NCBI GenBank assembly: GCA_028282585.1 | Contig: JANQHR010000144.1 | Coordinates: 1 to 64,000, forward strand | DNA from: Bacteroidales bacterium | Lineage (GTDB): Bacteria > Bacteroidota > Bacteroidia > Bacteroidales > UBA12077 | DNA: 64,000 nucleotides | Direction: 5' to 3' | Part shown: positions 29,494-40,247 of the stretch, piece after piece | Numbering within the stretch: the first letter of the stretch is position 1 | Layout of the letters: each line of letters opens with the position of its first letter | The notes under the pieces: generated by a model | What the model was told of the DNA's origin: nothing | The model's input: the letters and a program-made list of their open reading frames with translations, nothing else | Database searches by the model: none | Made by a program: the position numbers and the translations under genes

Positions 29494-29517
29494 AAAAGCC
29501 GCTTGAGAGCGGCTTTT
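29494..29517. terminator. Bidirectional intrinsic terminator
   Basis: AAAAGCCGCT-tgag-AGCGGCTTTT between convergent genes. Confidence 0.85.
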
Positions 29518-29523
29518 AAGAAA

Positions 29524-30960
29524 TTATTCTCCTTTACTATTATCTTTTGCTTCATTGTGCTTAATTTCTTCTACATCTTCTATTTTATTTTCTTCCTTTT
29601 TTGTACCTTTTAAATAATCTGGCAACTCCATACCTGCCATTTTAAATAATTCTTCAAACGGTGGGATTGAACCCAACATTCCGGATAAGAAATTAGCTGA
29701 AGTTGGTGTTTTCCCATCTTTTCCTCCACCCATACTATCCCAAACAGTAATCTTATCGATTTTAAGGTTTTTAATTGCTTCCACTTGAGTTTTAACCAAT
29801 TCAGGCAATTTATCTGCTATCATCATCATAACAGCACTTTGTGCATCATTTCCAGTTGCTTCTACAAGTTTTTGGAAACCTTCCGCTTGTTTACTTAAAA
29901 TCTCGAAAATACCTTTACCTTCTGCTTGCATCCTCATTAATATTGCATCAGCATCACCTTTTGCATGACGGCGAGTTTGTTCTGCAATCGCTTCTGCATC
30001 AATTTCAATTTTTTCTTTATCAATCTGAGCAGGAATTACCACGTTTGCAATTTGGGTTGCTTTATCTCTTTCTGCTCTTTGTGCTTCCGCATTTCTTTCG
30101 GCTCCATAAGCTTCTTCCAGTGCTCTTGCCTGGCTAACTTTTTCGGCAGCAACAGCTTTTCTTTCAGCCTCAGCTTCTTTTTCTCGGCGATCAGCATCAG
30201 AGTTTGCAATAGTAATTTTTGCATCATTTTCACCTTCAACTGCGGTTGCATCTGCGGCTGCTACATTAACACGTTGGTCTTGTAATGCATGAGCTTCACC
30301 TATGGCACCATCACGGTTTTTTTCAGCAACACTTTTCTTAGCATCATTTATTGCTTTAGCAGCTGCTTCTTTACCTAATGCATCGATATAACCTGATTCA
30401 TCATTGATATCTGTAACATTTACGTTAATAAGTTTTAAGCCTATTTTCTTTAATTCTGCTTCTACATTTGACGAAACTGCAGCTAAAAATTTATCACGAT
30501 TGCTATTAATTTCCTCAATATCCATGGTTGCAACTACCAAACGCAATTGTCCGAAAATAATATCTTTTGCTAAATTGCTAATGTCCGTTTGTGTTAAACC
30601 CAATAATCTTTCTGCAGCATTGGTCATAATTCCCGGTTCCGTTGAAATACCAACAGTAAATCTTGAAGGCACGTCAACTCGAATGTTCTGCTTACTAAGA
30701 GCATTGGTTAAATTAATCTCAATTGATATTGGCGTTAAATCCAGATATGAAAAATCTTGAATAATTGGCCAAATAAATGCAGCTCCTCCATGTATACACT
30801 TTGCTGAGCGCGATTCGGCCTGGCCTCCTTTGCCTACTTTACCATAAACAACTAAAATTCGGTCCGACGGACACCTTCTGTACCTTCTAAAGAAGGAAAC
30901 GATTAATATAAAAACAAAAATGACTGCCGCAACGACAAGTAATACAACGTATTGTCCCAT
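29524..30960 (-). CDS. Flotillin/SPFH family protein (YqiK-like)
   Basis: TM anchor, RYRRCPSDRILVVYG, ALSKQNIRVDVPSRFTVG, Ala/Glu-rich coiled coil, KIDKITVWD. Confidence 0.93.
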   Translation of the reverse strand: MGQYVVLLVVAAVIFVFILIVSFFRRYRRCPSDRILVVYGKVGKGGQAESRSAKCIHGGAAFIWPIIQDFSYLDLTPISIEINLTNALSKQNIRVDVPSRFTVGISTEPGIMTNAAERLLGLTQTDISNLAKDIIFGQLRLVVATMDIEEINSNRDKFLAAVSSNVEAELKKIGLKLINVNVTDINDESGYIDALGKEAAAKAINDAKKSVAEKNRDGAIGEAHALQDQRVNVAAADATAVEGENDAKITIANSDADRREKEAEAERKAVAAEKVSQARALEEAYGAERNAEAQRAERDKATQIANVVIPAQIDKEKIEIDAEAIAEQTRRHAKGDADAILMRMQAEGKGIFEILSKQAEGFQKLVEATGNDAQSAVMMMIADKLPELVKTQVEAIKNLKIDKITVWDSMGGGKDGKTPTSANFLSGMLGSIPPFEELFKMAGMELPDYLKGTKKEENKIEDVEEIKHNEAKDNSKGE

Positions 30961-30986
30961 ATTCACTTAATTTATTTAGTTAATAA

Positions 30987-31580
30987 TTATTTCCCACTTG
31001 GTTTAACTACAAGAATCTCATTGTTAAGTATTTCAATAACATCTACAACGCCACCTGTTTTTATATCTTCTTCATAATCTGTCATTGCATCTAATGTTTG
31101 TAATCCTTGCACTTTAATTTGCACTTTACCTAATCCACTTCGTTTAGCAGGTATTGTTAAGTAAACACTTCCGGTTTTACCAATTGCATTGTTTAGATTT
31201 AAAGTACCGCTATCTGTTAATTTACCCATAAAATATACTATAGAAGCCATTATAGTCATCATAACTAGTCCTGAGAGCGTAGAAATAATGACAGTTTTAC
31301 TTATTCCTAAACCTCCATCAAGGCTTGCTATTCCTGCCCAACCAAAAATGGTAAAAAAAGCTACTAAGTTTTTAAGAGTAATAAATTGAAATTCAATACC
31401 AGTATCACCTTCAACTGATACATCTGAGTCTCCATCGGCTTCAATTTCATCAATATCTCCACCAAAAAAAGTGAGAATAATTTGAATTACAAATATAAAC
31501 GAAAACGGAATGGCAATACTCCAATAAATTTTCTCAATGAGATCCAGTGATTGCCAAGATTCTGAAATAGTTAATAACAT
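30987..31580 (-). CDS. NfeD-like (YqiJ-type) flotillin partner
   Basis: TM helices, acidic loop, FFTIFGWAG, OB-fold G.VYLTIP....GKVQI. Directly upstream of flotillin. Confidence 0.85.
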   Translation of the reverse strand: MLLTISESWQSLDLIEKIYWSIAIPFSFIFVIQIILTFFGGDIDEIEADGDSDVSVEGDTGIEFQFITLKNLVAFFTIFGWAGIASLDGGLGISKTVIISTLSGLVMMTIMASIVYFMGKLTDSGTLNLNNAIGKTGSVYLTIPAKRSGLGKVQIKVQGLQTLDAMTDYEEDIKTGGVVDVIEILNNEILVVKPSGK

Positions 31581-31703
31581 AGTGTTTAATATTAAGATTT
31601 CTGTTTTTGAAATTAAGTATAAAAAATCAGACCACCATACACATATATCCTGATTTTGATTAATTATTAGTTAATTTATTTGAAACTAGAATTTTAAATT
31701 CAA

Positions 31704-32585
31704 CTAGGGTTTTCCACAGCAACGTTTATATTTTTCCCCACTTCCACAAAGGCATGGGTCATTCCTGTTAATCTCTTTACCAGGGCTTTTTTTTAGTTTA
31801 CCTGCCATTTTCTGGTCAAATATTCGTTCTAATAAATTATATAATTTAGGATGTTTTTGTTTTAAAAGTTTGGGTCGTTCAAAAAAATATTCACTTATTA
31901 CTGCAAAAAATTCAGTTTTATTCGTAGCTCCATAAGGATTTATATCCGATTGTCCATCATAAATTTCATCTATTTTCTTTTTAATTAAATCAATCCATGG
32001 AATGGCATATTGCTTTTCAAGAAGAAGAGAAGGTATGCCATCTATATTACCATCCGCTTTATCAATAAGATGAACAAATTCATGAATAGCAGTATTTTTC
32101 TTATCAGTTTCATTTCTAAATCCATGATGTAAAGCTTTTTTTGAAAGTACCATTTTTCCTTCCATATATCCTGTCCCGACCATACCTGCTATGGAACGTT
32201 CTTCTCCACTTGTTTTAAATTCCTGATTAAACAAACCGGGGTATAACAAAACTTCATTTAAATTGAAATATTGCCAGTTAGGAAAAGCAAAAATTGGAAT
32301 TATAGCGCTCGCAGCAACCAATACCCTGTCATATTCATTTACTTCAGTTTCTACTCCGGTTATTCTTACATTAATTAAGAACTCATGAACTTTATATTCG
32401 AACAAATTTTTTTCATCAGCATTCAAATTATTGTAAAAAAGAATATTTTCAAATAGAATTTTTCTCCAACTTGCCGAAAATGGTTTATCTGGCTTTTTCC
32501 ATCTTTTTTTGCCAACCCCTTTACCAAATTTTATTAACAATAAAACAATAAAAGCAATAATTAGAATTGCAAATAATTTTTCCAT
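31704..32585 (-). CDS. MtfA/M90 zinc peptidase family protein with C-terminal SEC-C motif
   Basis: HEFVHLID..DG..DG.P, YGATN..EFFAVISEYFFERP, RNDPCLCGSGEKYKRCC. Confidence 0.9.
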   Translation of the reverse strand: MEKLFAILIIAFIVLLLIKFGKGVGKKRWKKPDKPFSASWRKILFENILFYNNLNADEKNLFEYKVHEFLINVRITGVETEVNEYDRVLVAASAIIPIFAFPNWQYFNLNEVLLYPGLFNQEFKTSGEERSIAGMVGTGYMEGKMVLSKKALHHGFRNETDKKNTAIHEFVHLIDKADGNIDGIPSLLLEKQYAIPWIDLIKKKIDEIYDGQSDINPYGATNKTEFFAVISEYFFERPKLLKQKHPKLYNLLERIFDQKMAGKLKKSPGKEINRNDPCLCGSGEKYKRCCGKP

Positions 32586-32715
32586 GTATGTATATCATTT
32601 TAAGGAATTCTAAAAGTACAAAAATTGATTATAAATTGTCATTAAGTGATATTATTGATAACTTTTATCTTTTTTAATTGTATAAGCTATTTGTATTAAT
32701 TTCTTACGTAATAAA

Positions 32716-35556
32716 ATGAGGATGTTAAATAAACAAGCTTTGAGAATATCTATTATATTTCTTATAATTAGTATTTTATGGATATTTTTTTCTGATAGGC
32801 TTCTACTAAAGTTAGTAAATGATAGTTATACGCTTACTCAAATACAAACCTTTAAAGGTTGGTTTTATGTTCTAATATTATCTTTTACACTTTATTTTTT
32901 GGTAAAAGAGGAAATAAAAAAAGCATTAGCCCAAAAAAGACGTTTTAAAGAAGAAAAATCAAAACGTGATATCCTTTTTGAAAGCCTTAACAATGCAATT
33001 TTTGTGTTAGACGAGGAAAATAGGTTTTATGATTGTAATTCGAAAACACTTGAGATATTCGAATGTACAAGAGAAGATTTAATGAATATCCATCTTGCTG
33101 ATGTATCTCCCAAATTGCAACCAAATGGAGTTAAATCATTTGAATTAGCAGATGAGAAAATAAGGTTAACCAGGGAAGGGGATGCACAAAAATTTGAATG
33201 GATTCATACCAATTTTAAAAGGAATAAAGAATTTTATACCGAAATTTCGTTAAGTTCCATTAAGATATCTGATGTAATTTATGTTATAGCTATTATTCAT
33301 GATGTTTCGATCAGGAAAAAGTATGAACTTGATTTAAAATTAAAAAATGAAGAGCTAAACGAACGCAATATCGAATTATCAAATGCGGAAGAAGAATTAA
33401 GAACCAATAATATTGAATTAAAAGAATTAAATGATCAGTTACAAAGAAATGAATACCTTCTCACCGAGGCTCAAAAAATAGCTCAAATTGGACATTGGGA
33501 ATGGGATATAGTAAATGATAAATTATCCTGGTCTGATGAAGTATACAGGATTTTTGGCAAGGAATTGGGTTTTGAGGTCTCATCTGATTCTTTCTTAAAA
33601 TTGGTTCACCCTGAAGACAGAAACAAAATACATGAAGCTTTTCAGCGAACAATTGAAAACAAAAGCTCATATGAGGTTGAACACAGAATTGTATTAGACA
33701 ATGGAAAAATAAAAAACCTGTTGGAAAAAAGTCGAATTGAATATAGTAAAGAAGGAAAACCAATTAGGTCTATAGGTATAGTTCAGGATATAACCAATCA
33801 CGTTATAACCCAAAAAATTATTAAAGAGAGCGAAGAACGGTATCGTCTTTTGTCCGATTTAGGAAAAGCAGGTATTGTAATACATAAAAATGGTATTGTA
33901 CAAGAAGTAAATAATACGTTTTGCAGGATATTTCAGTATACACGGGAAGAGTTAATAGGTGAAGATATAATGGAAAGGTTATTTGCAGGTGATTATGCTG
34001 AAATGGTAAGAGGAAATATTAAAAGTAATTTGACTCGGCCATATTTTGTGAAATGTTTAAGAAAAGATGGAAGAGAGCGGTGGTTTGAAATTGAAGCACG
34101 TAACTTTCTTTATAAAGACGAACCGGCAAGGGTAGCTACATTTTTGGATATTACCGAGTCGGTAGAAAGGGAGGAGGAATTGAAGTTAGGCGCTGAAAAG
34201 CACAGGGTATTATATGAAAACGCTTTGGTTGGCCTAAGCGTTACTGATTCGAAGACCCGACGTTTATTACAATGCAACGAAAAATATGCTAATATTTTCG
34301 GTTACAGTTCTATTGATGAAATTTTAAATGACAAAGGATTTGGGGATTATTATTTAGATAAAAAACTTCGTAATCAGTTATTCGATGTGTTTAATGAAAA
34401 AGGAGAAATAAATAATATTGAGTTGAATGTAAGAAAGAGAAATGGTGAAAACATATGGATTGAACTATCATCATATAAAAATAAAGTTACAGGTAATGTT
34501 GAGAGTGTCGTAAAGGATATAACTGCCCAGAAATTAGCCCAGTTAGCTCTAAAAGAAAATGAAGAAAAGTATAGAAGGTTAACAGAAAATTCACCTGCAA
34601 TCACGTATATATATTCTTTAAAAAGAGGGGCACTGTATTGGTCATCAAGAGCAAAAGAAATTTTAGGTTTCGATCTTAAGAATCTAAAAAATGATAGGAT
34701 AAAGTGGGATGAAGCCATTCATCCGGACGATAAACCTCGTATAGATGAATTTCTTCAAAATATCAAGGTTGGTGAAACCTATACCACGGAATACAGAATT
34801 TATGATGTAAACAATAAGTTGCATTGGTTTAATGATCGCATTTTTAACGTATATAAATCAAATGAAGAAATTATTATCGAAGGAATAATTTCTGATGTTA
34901 CTGATAAACAGAGGATGCAACAAAAAGTTTTGCACGCGATGATAAATGCGGAGGAGAGAGAAAGGAGCAGAATTGCTAAAGATTTGCATGATGGTGTTTC
35001 TCCGGTTATGTCCGCCATTAAGCTGTATATTCAATCATTAAGTGGTACAACTAAGGAAAAACTTAGACATGAATTGATTGGTAAAATAAGTAATACTATA
35101 AACGAAGCAATATCTAGTATAAATGAAATTTCAAATAATGTCAGTCCTCATGTTTTACAAAACTTTGGTCTGAAAACTGCAGTTGAGTCATTTGTCACAA
35201 AAATATCCGAATTAAAAGGTATATATATTGATTTACATTTCGAAATTGATAACAGATTTGACGAAAACACCGAAATTGCGTTATACAGAATTACTACCGA
35301 ATTAATTAATAATACAATAAAGTATGCTAAAGCACATGATATTAAAATAAAATATTATTTGACTCACGGGCATATATTTATGTTATATAAAGACAATGGT
35401 AAAGGATTTAATACCGAAAAAGTTTTGAATAATAAAACTGGAATGGGTATTTTTAATATGAAAAATAGAATCAACTCATTAAATGGAGAATTTAAGCTGG
35501 AAAGTATTGAAAAAGAAGGAGTATATGTCGAAATAATGGTTCCTGTAAATAGTTAA
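32716..35556 (+). CDS. Multi-PAS sensor histidine kinase (HisKA_3, NarX/UhpB-like)
   Basis: 2 TM helices, about 5 PAS/PAC repeats, EERERSRIAKDLHDG, ELINNTIKYA, DNGKGF, GMGIFNM..R. Confidence 0.92.
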   Translation: MRMLNKQALRISIIFLIISILWIFFSDRLLLKLVNDSYTLTQIQTFKGWFYVLILSFTLYFLVKEEIKKALAQKRRFKEEKSKRDILFESLNNAIFVLDEENRFYDCNSKTLEIFECTREDLMNIHLADVSPKLQPNGVKSFELADEKIRLTREGDAQKFEWIHTNFKRNKEFYTEISLSSIKISDVIYVIAIIHDVSIRKKYELDLKLKNEELNERNIELSNAEEELRTNNIELKELNDQLQRNEYLLTEAQKIAQIGHWEWDIVNDKLSWSDEVYRIFGKELGFEVSSDSFLKLVHPEDRNKIHEAFQRTIENKSSYEVEHRIVLDNGKIKNLLEKSRIEYSKEGKPIRSIGIVQDITNHVITQKIIKESEERYRLLSDLGKAGIVIHKNGIVQEVNNTFCRIFQYTREELIGEDIMERLFAGDYAEMVRGNIKSNLTRPYFVKCLRKDGRERWFEIEARNFLYKDEPARVATFLDITESVEREEELKLGAEKHRVLYENALVGLSVTDSKTRRLLQCNEKYANIFGYSSIDEILNDKGFGDYYLDKKLRNQLFDVFNEKGEINNIELNVRKRNGENIWIELSSYKNKVTGNVESVVKDITAQKLAQLALKENEEKYRRLTENSPAITYIYSLKRGALYWSSRAKEILGFDLKNLKNDRIKWDEAIHPDDKPRIDEFLQNIKVGETYTTEYRIYDVNNKLHWFNDRIFNVYKSNEEIIIEGIISDVTDKQRMQQKVLHAMINAEERERSRIAKDLHDGVSPVMSAIKLYIQSLSGTTKEKLRHELIGKISNTINEAISSINEISNNVSPHVLQNFGLKTAVESFVTKISELKGIYIDLHFEIDNRFDENTEIALYRITTELINNTIKYAKAHDIKIKYYLTHGHIFMLYKDNGKGFNTEKVLNNKTGMGIFNMKNRINSLNGEFKLESIEKEGVYVEIMVPVNS

Positions 35557-35558
35557 TA

Positions 35559-36212
35559 ATGTTAAATAAAGTAGAAATTATTATTGTTGATGACCATGCA
35601 ATATTTCGTGATGGTTTAAAATCTGTATTATCGCAAATCGAAAATTTTATTGTTATTAATGAAGCAGGTAACGGAGAAGAATTGTTAAGTATATTAACAC
35701 AACAATTTCCCGATATTATTCTAATGGATATCTCAATGCCTGAAATGGATGGTATTGAAGCAACCAAAAAAGCTCTTAAAAAATATCCTGATTTAAAGAT
35801 TATTACATTATCAAGTTATAGCGACCAAATTTATTATTACAAAATGATAAAAGCAGGTGTGCTAGGCTTTGTACAAAAAAAATCGGGTAAAGAAGAATTA
35901 AAAGAAGCGATAAATGCTGTGCTTAATGGTGATAACTATTTTCCTCAGGATGTATTAAGGAATTTAATCTTTAAAATAGGAAAAGAAGGAGCAGGTTCTA
36001 TCGGAGATAACAAATTAATATTGTCTAAAAGAGAAACAGAAGTATTACAATTGATTTGCCAAGGTTTTACAAATAACGAGATTGCGGAAAAATTACATCT
36101 TAGTTCAAAAACAATTGATAATCATCGAACAAACCTTTTATCTAAAACATATACCAAAAATGCAGCTCATCTGGTAATGTTCGCAATTAAAAATCACTTA
36201 ATTGAGATTTAA
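35559..36212 (+). CDS. NarL/LuxR-family response regulator
   Basis: VDDH.IFRDG, MDISMP, LSKRETEVL.LI.QG.TN.EIAEKL.LS.KT...HR.NL. Confidence 0.95.
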   Translation: MLNKVEIIIVDDHAIFRDGLKSVLSQIENFIVINEAGNGEELLSILTQQFPDIILMDISMPEMDGIEATKKALKKYPDLKIITLSSYSDQIYYYKMIKAGVLGFVQKKSGKEELKEAINAVLNGDNYFPQDVLRNLIFKIGKEGAGSIGDNKLILSKRETEVLQLICQGFTNNEIAEKLHLSSKTIDNHRTNLLSKTYTKNAAHLVMFAIKNHLIEI

Positions 36213-36518
36213 TAATTCTGATGAATCTGTTAATGATTTTTTCGTTTAATTCCCATACGCAGGTTAAAGGGCTATAAAAATCTTGAAAAGGATAAAAATC
36301 CAAAAGTAACGTATTAATGGTTAGGACAAATGTTAAAATTAATTTATGAAATAATTAAATTTAAATTAACTATACTATTTAAAGAGATATCTATTTTTAG
36401 CGTGTTTGAATCAAAAGGCTAAATCATTTTACTCATTGGAATCATTGAATCTTCTTTCAAAAACTAACTGGATAAATCTATTTTTCTTTATAAAAACTAT
36501 AAACCAACACATACTACA

Positions 36519-36992
36519 ATGAATACAACATTTAAGGAACAAGTTAACTCTTACTTAACATTTAAAATTGAAGAGGAATATGGTGCTCATTTTAAAGAAG
36601 TGCCAGATACCTTTGAACTGCAAAAAAATACTAGAACACCAAAACTTCCGGACTACATGAAGGGATTAATAAGCCCAAAAGACATGGTTCTTCCGGTAAT
36701 TGGTACCGGGATTAAATTTAATATGCCTCCGACTTAAATTACAGATAACACCTGTATTATTTTTAATATACTTTGAAACAAGTAGTGATAAAGTGTAAAT
36801 AGGTGCTTTGATTGATTCAGTTATTGCTGTTCATGAAATTGATGACACATTAATTAAATCTTTGCCGAGTATTGGTAATACCTGTAAATTCGATTTTATT
36901 AATGGAATGTGAATTTAGATGGACATTTCATGATGATTTCGGATTTAGTAAGGCTATTTACCAAAGGAGAAATTAAGGAATTAAAAAAATAA
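36519..36992 (+). pseudogene. cheW: cheW pseudogene
   Basis: Collinear with CheW at 40248 (NSYLTFK, PDYMKG, MVLPVI). TAA at 36735-36737, then frameshifted GALIDSVIAVHEIDD...IGNTCK and FMMISDLVRLFT segments ending at TAA 36992. Confidence 0.85.
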
Positions 36993-37013
36993 AAACGATT
37001 AAATATTCAAGCG

Positions 37014-38948
37014 ATGAAAAATATCAAAATTAGATACAAACTATTATTAGGAGCATTAGGACAAATATTGTTAATTATTCTTTTATTACTCTTTATGTTT
37101 AGTTTTAATCAGAAGTTAATGAAGATTAATGAAGAAAGAACACAAAATATTCAGGAAACAAATATGTTTGGACAGATTGAAGTGCTTGTCAAAGATTATT
37201 TAAATAATAAAATAACTTTCGAACAGTTACAAAAAGATTATGCCGAAATTGAAATCATGGCAGGTAATTCTTCATATAGTTCGGATATTAATAACTTCTC
37301 ATCAGAATTAAAAAAAATAAAACAGCTAAAAGAGGAAAATGAAGCTATCAAAAATAACATTAATGTATTAATTGATGAGTCACTTAGCCAATCAAATAGT
37401 TTTATTAAAAATGTAAGCTTAAGGTTAGCAGATCTAAAAACTCGAAGAAATGTTTCTACAATTGAAAGATTAGTTATACAAGGGGCTAATTTAGGAAATA
37501 ATAACTTATTTAACATTCATAGGCTATTTACTAAAATTGAAAAAGATATATCTTTTAAAAATGAATTAGTTCAATTTTTAGATGAAGCGGTAAAGCAAGC
37601 TGAAGCTGATAAAGAAAGATTAAAAAATACTGAATTTGCAGCCTTACCGGATAATGCCATAAAAATAAACATAAAGATTAAAGATTTAGCATTACAATAT
37701 GTAGATAATGTTGAGGAATACGATAATATTAGTAATGAGATTATTGGTTCAGCTAACGAATTTATAAAAGAATTAAATGATCATAGTTTAAACTCTACTA
37801 AAGAAAGTTTCTCAGATTTAAAAGCAACTTTTCGTAACATTCTTATCATTCTATTATTAATTTCAATTATAGTAGTAATATTAAATTTATCAATTTCCAG
37901 GCTTATTGGATATGTACTAAAACAGTTTTCTATTGATTTAACGGAAATGTCAAATGGAAACCTTAATATTTATCAGTCAGAAGCATATTTTACCAGAAAA
38001 GATGAAATCGGTGTATTAGCGGTTTCTTTTAGTAATTTAATACTAAACCTGAAAAATATTGTTAATAACATTGTTTCCGGAGCCAATAATGTTGCATCTG
38101 CAAGCCAACAAATAAGTGAAACAACGCAACAGTTATCCCAAGGCGTATCCGAACAAGCGGCATCAACTGAAGAAGTTTCCTCTTCTATAGAAGAAATGGC
38201 TTCAAATATTCAACAAAATACAGCTAATGCTCAACAAACCGAGAAGATTGCGGTAAAGGCAGCAGAAGGAATAAAGCAAGTAGCTGGAGCTGCGCAAGAG
38301 AGCTTGAGCTCGATAAGACAAATCGCAGAAAAAATTACTATTGTCAATGATATAGCTTTTCAAACAAATATCTTAGCCCTTAATGCAGCTGTTGAAGCTG
38401 CAAGAGCAGGTCAGCACGGAAAAGGTTTTGCAGTGGTTGCTGCCGAGGTTAGAAAACTAGCGGAAAGAAGTAAAATTGCTGCTGATGAAATAAATGAATT
38501 GTCAGGAAAGAGCTTGAAAGTTACTGAAGATGCCGGTGTTTTAATGGGAGAAATCATCCCGGAAATTGAAAAAACAGCTATGCTGATACAGGAAATAACA
38601 ACGGCTAGTACAGAACAAAATTCAGGAACTGATCAAATTAATAATGCAATTCAAGAGTTGAGCCAGGTAACACAACAAAATGCTGCAGCTGGTGAGCAAA
38701 TGTCAACAAGTTCAGAAGAATTGGCTAGTCAGGCCCAACAATTAATAGAAGTTATTAGTTATTTTGAAACGAATGATGAAAATAAAACTCAACGAATAAA
38801 ACGAAATGTTTTATCTGAATTTAAAAGTGGTGAAATTGCTAATAAACCAAGTAATGGCGATAAAAATAAAAAAGAAATTAATGCGAAAGGTTTTAAATTA
38901 GATTTAGCAAAGAACAATACACAAGATGAGGAGTTCGAATCATTTTAA
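37014..38948 (+). CDS. Methyl-accepting chemotaxis protein
   Basis: TM-periplasmic-TM-HAMP layout, [39 protein letters not shown]-terminal EFESF. Confidence 0.95.
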   Translation: MKNIKIRYKLLLGALGQILLIILLLLFMFSFNQKLMKINEERTQNIQETNMFGQIEVLVKDYLNNKITFEQLQKDYAEIEIMAGNSSYSSDINNFSSELKKIKQLKEENEAIKNNINVLIDESLSQSNSFIKNVSLRLADLKTRRNVSTIERLVIQGANLGNNNLFNIHRLFTKIEKDISFKNELVQFLDEAVKQAEADKERLKNTEFAALPDNAIKINIKIKDLALQYVDNVEEYDNISNEIIGSANEFIKELNDHSLNSTKESFSDLKATFRNILIILLLISIIVVILNLSISRLIGYVLKQFSIDLTEMSNGNLNIYQSEAYFTRKDEIGVLAVSFSNLILNLKNIVNNIVSGANNVASASQQISETTQQLSQGVSEQAASTEEVSSSIEEMASNIQQNTANAQQTEKIAVKAAEGIKQVAGAAQESLSSIRQIAEKITIVNDIAFQTNILALNAAVEAARAGQHGKGFAVVAAEVRKLAERSKIAADEINELSGKSLKVTEDAGVLMGEIIPEIEKTAMLIQEITTASTEQNSGTDQINNAIQELSQVTQQNAAAGEQMSTSSEELASQAQQLIEVISYFETNDENKTQRIKRNVLSEFKSGEIANKPSNGDKNKKEINAKGFKLDLAKNNTQDEEFESF

Positions 38949-38970
38949 AGTATATTTTCGTATTTTTTTT

Positions 38971-38999
38971 AGGGAGGATAGAAATATTCTCCCTTTTTT
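38971..38999 (+). terminator. Intrinsic terminator after MCP1
   Basis: AGGGAGGATA-gaaa-TATTCTCCCT followed by TTTTT. Confidence 0.8.
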
Positions 39000-39003
39000 A
39001 TTT

Positions 39004-39019
39004 TAGGGTTTTTCCCCTA
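39004..39019. promoter_or_regulatory. Palindromic candidate NarL/LuxR operator
   Basis: TAGGG-N6-CCCTA upstream of a TACATTTG -7 box at about 39064-39071. Confidence 0.5.
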
Positions 39020-39107
39020 TTAATTTGGTGTATTCTCCCCTTTAAACGTGCTCAAAATCACAATACATTTGTATAAAAAAGTTTTTATTGATTAATTATA
39101 CAATACT

Positions 39108-39326
39108 ATGAAAACTACCAATAACCCCAATATCAATTCTTATACGGCTTTTAAGCTAAGTAAGATTGAGTATCGCTTAGATGAATTTGAAATAATCAAT
39201 GTTTTGAGATTGAAGTATGTAACAAAGAGATTGAAACTGGCAGAATTAATACGTAATCCAATTGATCACAAAGAATTACTGCATTCAGGATTAAATGATC
39301 GAATTAAAGCTATTTGTTCCAATTAA
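39108..39326 (+). pseudogene. Highly decayed cheW N-terminal remnant or small CheW-derived ORF
   Basis: INSYTAFKLSKIEY...EIINVLRL..VTK aligns with the CheW start TNSYLTFKVGEEEF...EILNILEL..ITK. Confidence 0.5.
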
Positions 39327-39414
39327 ACTTCTTAATTATCAAGGCATTATCAGGCGAAGTAAATTATGAAGATTTAAAGCCTTTTTAAGACTAACAGAGT
39401 AATAAAGCTAAACG

Positions 39415-39816
39415 ATGAAATTTATAGTTGTTGACGACAGTAAAACATTTAGAGAAGGCATTAAGTTCTATCTTGAAAATATGTTACACCATGAAGTTAT
39501 TGATATGTTAAGTGATGGTCTCGAATTTTTACAATTTAAAAATAAATACGATGCCGATATAATCATAATGGATATTGAGATGCCTCACTTAAATGGAATT
39601 GAAACCGTAAAAAAAGCGATTTGGGATAATCAATATCTAAAATTTATTGCGGTAACTAGTTATACCGATAAAGCATATCTGGATGAACTAATAAGTGCAG
39701 GATTTAAGTCGTGTGTATTTAAATCAAATATTTATGATGAATTGGATCAAGCAATTGAGATGGTTATGAATCAAAAATATTCTTTCCCAAATGATATAAA
39801 CCTTATTAAAGAGTAA
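39415..39816 (+). CDS. Stand-alone receiver-domain protein (NarL-type REC without HTH)
   Basis: VVDD, MDIEMP..NG, VTSY, FKS. Ends shortly after YSFP. Confidence 0.88.
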   Translation: MKFIVVDDSKTFREGIKFYLENMLHHEVIDMLSDGLEFLQFKNKYDADIIIMDIEMPHLNGIETVKKAIWDNQYLKFIAVTSYTDKAYLDELISAGFKSCVFKSNIYDELDQAIEMVMNQKYSFPNDINLIKE

Positions 39817-39819
39817 GTT

Positions 39820-40230
39820 ATGAAGTTAATAATAATTGATGATAACAAACCATTTCGTGAAAGCTTAAAATTTCATGTAGAATACATTCTTGGTCATGAG
39901 GTAATAGCAGAAGCTGTGGATGGTATAGAGTTTTTAAAATTGGAGAATTCTTTCGAAGCAGACGCGATTCTTATGGATATTGAGATGCCCAATATTAATG
40001 GAATTCAAGCTGCTCAAATCGCATTAAACCATAATCCATCCTTAAATATAATTGCCATAACAAGTTATTTTGATAAGATATATTTAATGGACTTATTGAA
40101 GTCAGGATTTAAGTCTTGTGTATTTAAATCCAGCGTTTTTGAGGAGCTAGGATTTGCACTGCAGGAACTATCAAGTCAAAGAAAATACTTCCCTGAAAAT
40201 ATAAAGGTTATAAATAAAAGCAGGCCGTAA
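39820..40230 (+). CDS. Stand-alone receiver-domain protein (tandem paralogue)
   Basis: IIDD, MDIEMP.ING, ITSY, GFKSCVFKS shared with the upstream paralogue. Ends after YFP. Confidence 0.88.
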   Translation: MKLIIIDDNKPFRESLKFHVEYILGHEVIAEAVDGIEFLKLENSFEADAILMDIEMPNINGIQAAQIALNHNPSLNIIAITSYFDKIYLMDLLKSGFKSCVFKSSVFEELGFALQELSSQRKYFPENIKVINKSRP

Positions 40231-40247
40231 ACTAACTTATAATAAAC

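Noticed and set aside
36735-36912. Possible stop-codon readthrough or programmed frameshift in the broken cheW
   Set aside because: Multiple independent lesions and substitutions in conserved motifs (GLISPKD for GVINLRG) indicate decay.
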